Virus record (IMG/VR): IMGVR_UViG_3300035135_002626
Length of the DNA stretch: 64,000 nt
Reading direction: 5' to 3' (one strand)
Source: a virus
The notes under the pieces are model-generated. The model ran no database searches and was not told the DNA's origin. It saw only the letters and a program-made list of their open reading frames with translations. The position numbers and the translations under genes were made by a program. Shown here one piece after another: positions 54,101-62,323 of the stretch (positions within the stretch are counted from its first letter, which is position 1; every line of letters starts with the position of its first letter).

Positions 54101-57071
54101 ATTAGAAGAAAACGGTGTACAAATTAACTTAACAAACCAAGGTACTGGAGACTTTGAATTTGTAACTGCAGCAGAACTAGGTGTTATCGACGGTACATAT
54201 ATTACAACAGGAACAACTGAAGATACATTTACATTCAATGCAACAAACAAAATCTTTGGTGCACAAATTGATTTAGATGGTACAACTGCACTAGCAGATG
54301 GTACAATCCAAGTTGCTGCAGGTGGTGATCATACATTGATTACAGGTACTGCAGTTCTTTATGATAATAATGGAAATCCAGATTTACAAAACTTAACAAG
54401 TGGACAAACATATTATGCTGTGGCAGTAGATGAACAGTTTATACAGTTTGCTCCAACTGAACAAGATGCGTTAAACAGAGATAACATTATTGAACTAGCA
54501 GCAGGCACTGGTACACATAAAATTACTACCAATAACATTGCAGGTATTGCAGAAGCAATTGGTACAGTTGCAGTTGAATCTGGATCAAATGTTATCGAAG
54601 GTGCAGAAACACTGTTTAAACGTTACTTTAAAGTAGGCGATAAAATTTATGTTAAAGATTCAAGTAGTACACCAGGTGAACTACTCGAAAGAACTGTTAC
54701 ATCTATTTCAGATGATAGTAAAATGACAGTTGACAGACAGTTTGACATAACCAATAGTGCAACAAAACACTTCCTGGAAACAAAAGTTTATGCTAAACCA
54801 GATGGTTACTCAGTGCATAGACCGTTTGACGGCGGTGTTGAAATTGGCGCTGGTACAAGTCCTTACTCACAAGTTACAAGACAAACACGTAAGTACTTTA
54901 GATATCAGTCAGGTAAAGGTATTCAAACCTCACTAGCGATTAACTTTAATCCGCCTGTTACATTAGAAAGATTGTCTGGTGCTGCAGGACAAACTGCGCC
55001 AGCCGTGACTTATACCGTTACAAACGATGGTAGTTCGTATTGGCAAATTGCTGAAATCACAGGTGATAACCCTATCCTAAGACTTTATAGAGGTGCGACA
55101 TATACACTTAATATTACAGCAACAGGGCATCCGTTCTACTTCTCAACAGATAGTGGTTCTAATTATAGTTCAGGTACATACTTTGGTGAATACACCGATG
55201 GCGTAACAGGATCTAGAACTGAAACAGGAACACTTACATTTGTTGTTCCAGAAGATGCTCCAGATCAATTATATTACTTCTGTGGTAATCACCAAGGAAT
55301 GTACGGTATTGTTGACATTGAAGATTATCCTTCAAATACTGCAACAGCAACAACCAAATATCCACACAGACTGATGATGGGTTCGACTATTACTGTTAAA
55401 GATGCGTCAGATGATGCATATAACGGACAAAAAACAGTCTCCGAAGTAGTTGACGAATTTACATTCAAATACGGTATGACACAACCACCGGGTGTGTCAG
55501 TTCCGAGTGGTATTATTAAATACAACCTAAATGGTTATCAAGGAGCATATATACGTGCTGGTATGTTTGATCAACAAAACGGATTCTTCTTTGAATACGA
55601 TGGTCAACAACTATACTGTGTTAGACGTTCATCAACTACACAGTTAAGTGGTACAAGTACACTAGTTAACAATAGTGGTAGAGTTAACGGCGATAGTTCA
55701 TGTGACTTTAGTGGACAACTTAATGTAGGTGACTATGTTGTTATCCGTGGACAAAGTTATAAAGTAACTAAGATTGCAAGTAGAAACGAAATGTACGTAC
55801 AGCCTCAATTTAAAGGTGTAAGTACAAGTGGTGCTATTTTAACTAAAACCGAAGACGTTAGAGTTCCACAACCATTATGGAATATCGATCCATGTGATGG
55901 AACAGGTCAAAAAGGTTTCATACTAGATATTGATAAAATTCAAATGGCATATATGGACTATAGTTGGTATGGTGCTGGTAAAATTAGATTTGGATTTAAA
56001 GATGCACACGGACATGTTAAATATGTACACGAGTTTATTCACAACAACAGACTAGACGAAGCGTACATGCGTTCAGGTAACTTGCCTGCCAAGTATGAAA
56101 TCGAAAATGGTGCAAATCCAACATATGCACCAACACTGTTCCACTGGGGTACATCGGTTATTATGGACGGTACATTTGACGACGATAAAGCGTACTTGTT
56201 TACCGCTCCATCTAAATCACTATCGTTTACAAACGGTGAAGCAAATACTGCTACAACATCAGGCAACTCAAGTTTTTATACACAGTATGACTGGAGAAGT
56301 AGACAGTATGACTGGTGGGTAAGAATTCCGTTTAGTAGTAACGACTCAAGTAAGTTCTATAGTGGATTGAAATTATACACAGCAGGTGGAGAACTAGACG
56401 GAGACGAAGTAGACTTTACAGGATTCCAAGGTAGTACATTCTATGCATACATTTATGTTACAAAGTCAAGAAGTACTCCTGCAATTTATCCAAGTGTTAC
56501 TTCAAGTACAGCGGTTTCTCTAGGTGCACCAACAGGTGGTAGCGATGAAGCAGTTAACCTAGGTACTGATGATATTCCACTAGTGTCGCTTAGACTTGCA
56601 CCAAGTGTTGACAGTAACTTGTCAGGAGACTTAGGTGAAAGAGACATTATTAACAGAATGCAGTTGAAACTGAACGAAGTTGGTTTGATTCTAACACACG
56701 ACTGTGAAGTTAAACTAATCCTAAACGGTGACTTGTCAAGTATCAATTGGGAAAACGTTGCTAACCCATCACTATCACAACTTATTAAACACGAAGCAGG
56801 TGATATTATTACAGGCGGTACAGAGGTGTTTAGTTTCCGTGCTGCAGGTGGTAGTACTGATAGTAGTGGTAAACGTTTGTCAAACGCTTCAAACTTTAAT
56901 TTGGGAGATATTATTGACTTAGGTAATAGTATACTAGGTGGTAACGGTACGTTCCCGAATGGTCCAGATGTTATTTCAATTGTTGTTAAGGTTGTTGACA
57001 CTGGTGGTATTGGCGCAGGACAACCGTTCTCAGCATCAGGACGTATTACTTGGTCAGAATCACAAGCGTAA
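51129..57071 (+). CDS. large virion structural protein (cyanomyovirus-like) with an inserted cupredoxin-like domain
   Basis: 1980 aa with GGAGG SD. Motifs RVSMPENLIDTDFEYGLQPTKWE, RQTRKYFRYQSGKG and HWGTSVIMDG recall large structural proteins of marine T4-like phages; several 'HGL..GD.(I/V)' repeats; GHPFYFSTD...YYFCGNHQGMYG. Confidence 0.75.
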   Translation: MAKKLINYGYTFNVSAGTIVIKGYLKLDDIFLITNVTTNDIIYNFADPAAGGTVTWDSVAEEITLNLDMDVNALGTMADTDRLQIIVDEGNAKMDIDDSFLDPVHKIRVSMPENLIDTDFEYGLQPTKWETLELSNNVPSFYISDGDLAIADVLSINAVDGSRIVTVITSEDHSLPIGTPIDVQGLASRTAEGKFLIASVPTTTSFTFRANAAQKITGNIGNIYSTVTPGTFYTGSQIPFDPAAGVVTDQAEPSTITVTTSDPHGFVAGNQFYLLNSIGGKSVKFEYITTDTAPDGRPYVDEVETLSFSVSPDLTKTETKQYKSRWSTKFDSTQVNTTTNTIQWTNHQLRDNDTVFYMPPTSDESIGGLGTFFPYYIKKVDDNNVQLTSTYNGSAISFSSAGTSYFGKHSLHLVYEIKYNYSPYRNSYNRHYPRYAYNSTGSGWDLNQTFNGGRGLGHQSGQTVFWVPFARNSPSSYWLMFYYVSSSYSYSPYSSSNFQFYSSSGINQANRFNIFEDFTRFSTNSWTSYFFLSGNQIYTQKYYWYGTYNYYPSDLYEFFVPMVEDAEGDSFYIEDHGLTTGDQITITTNSGTYGGYSGVNSMLRHQGNTSPTNTTNLTTLPDATYSVDVISEDRFKLSGVRLSEAKGQYTFVGEKRNALANTFYLENHGLISGTDVTVTEINGGTLPTSTSGQILPNSSSGPEGTNVNSWSVLNNSINTYLTANTAGLQNMVTATNRNSTRVFNSGVSSGNSAMSYYDLYYTTNTVWYSNYGSLNPPSSTLYVGNFSSTRPYNILQGTNLADRNNMMVATDWEPNSTLPYYFWTRESARANSSEYWYGYLRDGFGLPSPGSMQVSSTSNNRNNTIGGNDYRWSTTYFKHVYSGANALCYMNGHFFNNSDWNIYNSNTGMTRQTNNNTYFYSYWSGNYYWRDVIEFGLVWMIDDADTAFNSNTDFDNLMVQMLTDFDAGYIYPNLVAGNSYTANAITDNRIALEENGVQINLTNQGTGDFEFVTAAELGVIDGTYITTGTTEDTFTFNATNKIFGAQIDLDGTTALADGTIQVAAGGDHTLITGTAVLYDNNGNPDLQNLTSGQTYYAVAVDEQFIQFAPTEQDALNRDNIIELAAGTGTHKITTNNIAGIAEAIGTVAVESGSNVIEGAETLFKRYFKVGDKIYVKDSSSTPGELLERTVTSISDDSKMTVDRQFDITNSATKHFLETKVYAKPDGYSVHRPFDGGVEIGAGTSPYSQVTRQTRKYFRYQSGKGIQTSLAINFNPPVTLERLSGAAGQTAPAVTYTVTNDGSSYWQIAEITGDNPILRLYRGATYTLNITATGHPFYFSTDSGSNYSSGTYFGEYTDGVTGSRTETGTLTFVVPEDAPDQLYYFCGNHQGMYGIVDIEDYPSNTATATTKYPHRLMMGSTITVKDASDDAYNGQKTVSEVVDEFTFKYGMTQPPGVSVPSGIIKYNLNGYQGAYIRAGMFDQQNGFFFEYDGQQLYCVRRSSTTQLSGTSTLVNNSGRVNGDSSCDFSGQLNVGDYVVIRGQSYKVTKIASRNEMYVQPQFKGVSTSGAILTKTEDVRVPQPLWNIDPCDGTGQKGFILDIDKIQMAYMDYSWYGAGKIRFGFKDAHGHVKYVHEFIHNNRLDEAYMRSGNLPAKYEIENGANPTYAPTLFHWGTSVIMDGTFDDDKAYLFTAPSKSLSFTNGEANTATTSGNSSFYTQYDWRSRQYDWWVRIPFSSNDSSKFYSGLKLYTAGGELDGDEVDFTGFQGSTFYAYIYVTKSRSTPAIYPSVTSSTAVSLGAPTGGSDEAVNLGTDDIPLVSLRLAPSVDSNLSGDLGERDIINRMQLKLNEVGLILTHDCEVKLILNGDLSSINWENVANPSLSQLIKHEAGDIITGGTEVFSFRAAGGSTDSSGKRLSNASNFNLGDIIDLGNSILGGNGTFPNGPDVISIVVKVVDTGGIGAGQPFSASGRITWSESQA

Positions 57072-57084
57072 TAGGAGACAGTAA

Positions 57085-59721
57085 GTGCCAATTACCTTTC
57101 CGTCGAACCCGAGCAATGCTGATGAATACACCTTTAACGGAAGAACCTACACATACAATGCTTCAAGAGGCGTATGGTTAGGTTCTAGAGGTAGTTCAGT
57201 CAGCGCCGGGGGCGGGGGAGGAGCAGCACTTACTGTTTCGGACACTGCACCTACTAGTGCAAATGAAGGTGACTTATGGTTTCACAGTACATTACTAGAA
57301 ACTTATGTATACTACAATTCACAGTGGGTATTATCTAATCCATCAGGCAGTGGTGGCGGTGGTGGTGGCGGAGGTGGAACTACAACATATGCCACTGCAG
57401 CAGAACTTCCACAAACTGCAACAAATGGTGATTTAGCACTAGTTGAAGAAACAGATAAACTATATATTTGGAACGACACTGCTTGGTATAATATTGCACT
57501 TATTAACACAGCACCTAGTATTACACAAGGTGGCGCTGGTAGTTACAACTTAGCAATAGATGGCACACCTACAGTAATTACATTAACAGCAACTGATCCA
57601 GAAAGTGTTCCGGTAACATGGAGTTATGCTGTGACCAGTGGATCGCTAACTAACGGAGGTGGCACAACTGCAACAGTAACACAAGCAGATAACGTATTCA
57701 CAATTACTCCTACTACAACAGAAGCATATGCTGGTGAATTTACGTTAACATTTAGTGTAACAGACGGTGCAAACATTGTAAATGATGTAAATTCATTTAG
57801 TTTAGATTTTGTAACAATAGTAGAAAATTCTAAATATACGACTTCACTTATTACAACCAGTACTACTGCACAAAATAATGGTATTAATGACTTAACCGAT
57901 TTAACAAGTACTTACACATTTACCGGTGATCCATCTGGTTTTAGTAATTGGTCGCCATTTAAATCTGGCGGATATAGTACATACTTTGATGGAACAGGAG
58001 ATTATATACATACTGACCTTGGTGTAAATGGTGGCCCAGATGGTGATTTCACCATTGAGTTTTGGGCATATACTACCAATGGGACCACAAATAGTGGATG
58101 GTTTCATATGTCTGACACTGCAGGTGGATTTAATAGTTCTGCTGCGGCTCTTGCTTTAGGTAAAACAGCTACCAACAAATTTTATTATGGCAATGGCTCA
58201 GGTGATGCAAGCACATACACTGGTAATAATGTTTGGCAACACTGGGCAATGGTTAGAAGTGGAAGTACAATAACTCTTTATAGAGATGGTATTTCAATTG
58301 ATACTCAAACAAATGCAACTGATCATTCATCATATCGGTATTTAGCAGTTGGTGGTTATTATAGCACTGCTTATTTAACTACTGGTTATATTAGTGATTT
58401 TAGATATGTAAAAGGAACTGCTTTATATACAGCAAACTTTACACCACCAACTGAACGACTAACTGCAGTTGCAAATACAGTATTACTAACATGTGCATCT
58501 AATACATTTAAAGATGATTCAACTAATACACATACCATTACAACTGCAGGTAACCCTAAAATATCAGGGTTCATACCGTATGATTACAGTGAATACAATA
58601 AAGATGATAACATTGGTTCATATTATCAAAACGGATCAAACAATTTCACAACTACTGCTATTATACCTTCTAGTAATTATACAATAGAAGGGTGGGTATA
58701 TGTCAATGGCACAAATGACAGCGGAACTCTAATGGCTGTCCATGCTCTGTCTGGTGGTAGATCTTGGCTGCTATTTGCAAGAAGCGACTATATTGGCATG
58801 GCAGTGTCGGGACAGACTGACGTAGGCCTGGCAGGTAATTATTTAAATCGCTGGACACACTTTGCATGGACGTGGGATGGCACAACTCAAAAAATGTATA
58901 TCAATGGCGTGATGAGTGCAAGTGCCGCTGTTTCATCATTTGCTGGATCTTCGTCGCCTTTATCATTTGGTTTTAACTTGGATAATGCACCTAGTAATTG
59001 GTACTACCAAGGGTATGCTACTAATATAAGATTTAGTAATATAATTCGATATACCACCGACTTTGATCCACTAACAGAATCTAAAAAGTTTACATCTGAT
59101 GCGAATACAGTGTTGTTAGTTGATCCATCCGAAGACCAATCAATTATAGACAAGTCGATGCAAGAAACTGTAGTTTCGTTAGGTGGAAATACTACATCAT
59201 CAACAACACAGACAAAGTATTCAAGCTCTAGCATTTATTTTGACGGATCAGGCGATTATATATCAAAATCCAGTTCTTCTTTACTTTCAATGGGAAGCGA
59301 AGACTATACAGTAGAACTTTGGGCGTATTTCAATTCTCTTCCAACAACTTCTAACGGTTGGCATATGATATTTGCTGCAAGAGATGGATCTGATAACGGA
59401 ATAGCATTTTATGTAGACGGTCCAACGCCGCACGTTGAAATCTACACTAATACACTAGTTGCGTCAGGAGCAACAACACTTTCAACAGGTCAATGGTATC
59501 ATTTAGCATATGTAAGAACCAACGGTACTGCAAAGGTTTTTATAAATGGAACAGAAGAATTAAGTTACTCTTATACAACTTCTGTAGGTGACGCTACACT
59601 ATTGATTGCTGGCTTTACATCTCAATTCGCAAATATGTATATAGAAGATTTCAGAATTACAAAAGGCTTAGCCAGATACACCACAAACTTTACACCGCCG
59701 ACAGGATCATTAGAGGGATAA
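57085..59721 (+). CDS. adhesin with FP module, knobs, Ig-like spacer and three LamG/ConA-like domains
   Basis: 878 aa; GTG start with AGGAG SD. Three 'F/YT(I/V)ExWxY...WxHxAxxRxG...xxNG...DFR' blocks. Confidence 0.8.
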   Translation: MPITFPSNPSNADEYTFNGRTYTYNASRGVWLGSRGSSVSAGGGGGAALTVSDTAPTSANEGDLWFHSTLLETYVYYNSQWVLSNPSGSGGGGGGGGGTTTYATAAELPQTATNGDLALVEETDKLYIWNDTAWYNIALINTAPSITQGGAGSYNLAIDGTPTVITLTATDPESVPVTWSYAVTSGSLTNGGGTTATVTQADNVFTITPTTTEAYAGEFTLTFSVTDGANIVNDVNSFSLDFVTIVENSKYTTSLITTSTTAQNNGINDLTDLTSTYTFTGDPSGFSNWSPFKSGGYSTYFDGTGDYIHTDLGVNGGPDGDFTIEFWAYTTNGTTNSGWFHMSDTAGGFNSSAAALALGKTATNKFYYGNGSGDASTYTGNNVWQHWAMVRSGSTITLYRDGISIDTQTNATDHSSYRYLAVGGYYSTAYLTTGYISDFRYVKGTALYTANFTPPTERLTAVANTVLLTCASNTFKDDSTNTHTITTAGNPKISGFIPYDYSEYNKDDNIGSYYQNGSNNFTTTAIIPSSNYTIEGWVYVNGTNDSGTLMAVHALSGGRSWLLFARSDYIGMAVSGQTDVGLAGNYLNRWTHFAWTWDGTTQKMYINGVMSASAAVSSFAGSSSPLSFGFNLDNAPSNWYYQGYATNIRFSNIIRYTTDFDPLTESKKFTSDANTVLLVDPSEDQSIIDKSMQETVVSLGGNTTSSTTQTKYSSSSIYFDGSGDYISKSSSSLLSMGSEDYTVELWAYFNSLPTTSNGWHMIFAARDGSDNGIAFYVDGPTPHVEIYTNTLVASGATTLSTGQWYHLAYVRTNGTAKVFINGTEELSYSYTTSVGDATLLIAGFTSQFANMYIEDFRITKGLARYTTNFTPPTGSLEG

Positions 59722-59724
59722 CAA

Positions 59725-62235
59725 ATGGCAGTAACTTTTCCAACAAGCCCAACTAACGGACAAACATTTACAGCAAATGGACTATCATATGTTTATAATG
59801 CAACATATGGTGTTTGGAGATTAAATGTTTCTACAGGCAGTAGTGGCGGTACCGGTGGCGGTGTTACTACATATGCAACAGTTGCTGAACTTCCACTAAC
59901 AGGTAACAGCAACGGCGATATGGCATTTGTTGAAGAAACTGACAGACTATATTTGTCAAATGATAACGGTTGGTTTAACATTGCACTTATTAACACAAGC
60001 CCAACAATTACACAAGGTGGCGCTGGTAGTTATGCACTAGCAGCAGATGGTACACCTACAGTAATTACGCTAACAGCAACTGACCCAGAAGAAGTACCAC
60101 TTACTTGGAGTTATAGTGTAACCAGCGGAGCACTTGGTACTACAGCAACCGTAACACAAGCAGATAATGTGTTTACTATAACACCTGGAACAGATGCAGC
60201 AAACGATGCAGGAACTTTCGAAATAACATTTAGCGTAACAGATGGAACAAATATTGTAAGTGACGTTAATTCCTTTAGTTTAGTGTTTAGTACTTTAGTA
60301 CAAAATTCAAATTACACAATAGCGTTAATAACAACAGATGGATCAACGGGTAATAATACCACATTTGTAGATAGTTCAACAAATGGGGCTACAATAACAG
60401 CATCTGGCAATCCAAAATTAACTACATATAGTCCTTATAGAGATGGTGGTTACAGTGTTAAAATTGATGCTACTGCCGGTAGTTGGATATACGCTAATTC
60501 ACATTCAGATTTTAATTTTGGTACAGGTGATTTTACTGTAGAATTTTGGATGAAAAGTCAAAAGTCAGACCAATGGCTTTTATTGATAGACCAACAATAC
60601 CAAGCACAGGGTATTTCTATTTGGGTTAATCCTACTAACCAATTAATATATTATCCAAATAGTAGCACACCTGCGTTAACATCTCAGGCATTACCAATGA
60701 CTGATTGGATACACGTTGCTTTAGTTCGTTCTAGTGGAACAACAAAGTTTTATGTTAATGGTGTTTGGAATTCAACAAGTTATTCAGATAGTCAAAATTT
60801 CAATACTAATTTGCCTTTCAAGATGGGATCCGATTATAGTCCAGCAAGTTATGGGTACCTAGGTTTTTTTAGAGATGTACGAGTTACAGATACAGCAGTT
60901 TATTCTGCTGATTTTACTCCTCCAACAGAACCATTAACAGAAATTTCTGGAACAAAACTTCTTACATGTCAAAGTTCAAATTTCAAAGATGTGTCTACTA
61001 CTCCTCACACAATAACTGTAGTCGGATCTCCATCTATAGTACCATATGGACCATATGATTATGATGCTTTTGATCCTCAGTTACATGGCGGCTCTGTTTA
61101 TTTTGATGGTAGTAACTATTTACAAGCTCCGTATCACTCTTCGTTTGATTATAATTCTTCTACACCATTTACTATTGATATGTGGTTCTATCCTCTTGTG
61201 TCGAGTACAGACGCACAGCATATCGCCTCATCAAACACAAGTGGTGTCGACGCAGGTCTAAACTGGTTATTTAGACAAAAAGCAGACAATACACTTAGGT
61301 TTGTAATGATTGACGGTTCTGGCACAGTAGTTACATGTGATTCTACATACGAAATGAAAATAAATGCGTGGAATCACGTAGCCGTAATTATGACAGGTTC
61401 ATCAATAAGACATTGGTTAAATGGTACTTGGCAACAAGAGGTATCTTTTTCTGGAACACAGCAGGTAAATGGTAATATTGATATTGGTAGATGGGGATCA
61501 ACATATTATAATGGTTATGTTTCAGACTTTAGATATAATGTTGGTGAGGAGTTATATACTGGTGTTAATCAATTTAGTGTTCCAATTCCAACAGAACCGT
61601 TAAGTAGTACAAATTCAGAGTTACATATTAAAGGTACTAGTGCAAATATTATTGATAAATCACAGTCAACTATTATTGCTGTTAATAGTGGCTATGCTGA
61701 CGACGGTTCGTATGGAGGTGTTGGGCCTAAATATGCTGGAACTTCAATTTATAATACATCTAACAATTCACTAACAGGAATATCATTTACTTTGCCTGTA
61801 GCATTAGATACTGATGATTTTACTATCGAAGGATGGTTGCGATGGATAACAAATGGGTCGTGGGATGGTTGTTTCTTTCAAATAGGCGATCATACACAAA
61901 GTTCAGGACTTATTTTAAATTTACATAATCCTAATCCTGTAATTAGATTTGGCAGTAGCAATACTTATGTAGATAACACTACAACTCTTACATCTAATCA
62001 GTGGTATCATATAGCAGTAACAAGAGAAAGCGGTGTTTGTAAAATTTGGTTAGACGGGCAATTAGAAGGCTCACGATCAACACCTGAGAATATAACTGCA
62101 ACAACAGGTTATATATTATCTGCAACTTATAATAATTCAGGCATAGTTGGGCATGTAGAAGATTTCAGAATTACAAAAGGCCTTGCTAGATACACTGCTA
62201 ACTTCACACCACCGACAGCATCACTTGATGGATAA
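59725..62235 (+). CDS. adhesin with FP module, knob, Ig-like spacer and three LamG/ConA-like domains
   Basis: 836 aa; tandem paralog of the 57085 ORF. Both end EDFRITKGLARYTxNFTPPTxSLxG. Confidence 0.8.
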   Translation: MAVTFPTSPTNGQTFTANGLSYVYNATYGVWRLNVSTGSSGGTGGGVTTYATVAELPLTGNSNGDMAFVEETDRLYLSNDNGWFNIALINTSPTITQGGAGSYALAADGTPTVITLTATDPEEVPLTWSYSVTSGALGTTATVTQADNVFTITPGTDAANDAGTFEITFSVTDGTNIVSDVNSFSLVFSTLVQNSNYTIALITTDGSTGNNTTFVDSSTNGATITASGNPKLTTYSPYRDGGYSVKIDATAGSWIYANSHSDFNFGTGDFTVEFWMKSQKSDQWLLLIDQQYQAQGISIWVNPTNQLIYYPNSSTPALTSQALPMTDWIHVALVRSSGTTKFYVNGVWNSTSYSDSQNFNTNLPFKMGSDYSPASYGYLGFFRDVRVTDTAVYSADFTPPTEPLTEISGTKLLTCQSSNFKDVSTTPHTITVVGSPSIVPYGPYDYDAFDPQLHGGSVYFDGSNYLQAPYHSSFDYNSSTPFTIDMWFYPLVSSTDAQHIASSNTSGVDAGLNWLFRQKADNTLRFVMIDGSGTVVTCDSTYEMKINAWNHVAVIMTGSSIRHWLNGTWQQEVSFSGTQQVNGNIDIGRWGSTYYNGYVSDFRYNVGEELYTGVNQFSVPIPTEPLSSTNSELHIKGTSANIIDKSQSTIIAVNSGYADDGSYGGVGPKYAGTSIYNTSNNSLTGISFTLPVALDTDDFTIEGWLRWITNGSWDGCFFQIGDHTQSSGLILNLHNPNPVIRFGSSNTYVDNTTTLTSNQWYHIAVTRESGVCKIWLDGQLEGSRSTPENITATTGYILSATYNNSGIVGHVEDFRITKGLARYTANFTPPTASLDG

Positions 62236-62236
62236 A

Positions 62237-62243
62237 ATAAATA
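62237..62243 (+). promoter_or_regulatory. late promoter box ATAAATA (distal of two)
   Basis: Immediately after the stop of the 59725 ORF, 80 nt before ATG 62324. Confidence 0.45.
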
Positions 62244-62288
62244 CTATAGCGCAGAGTGTACCAGTCTAACTCTAAAAGTTTGATTTGG

Positions 62289-62295
62289 ATAAATA
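62289..62295 (+). promoter_or_regulatory. late promoter box ATAAATA (proximal)
   Basis: 28 nt before ATG 62324. Confidence 0.65.
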
Positions 62296-62323
62296 TAATT
62301 AATAAGATAGAAAGATTTAAATT

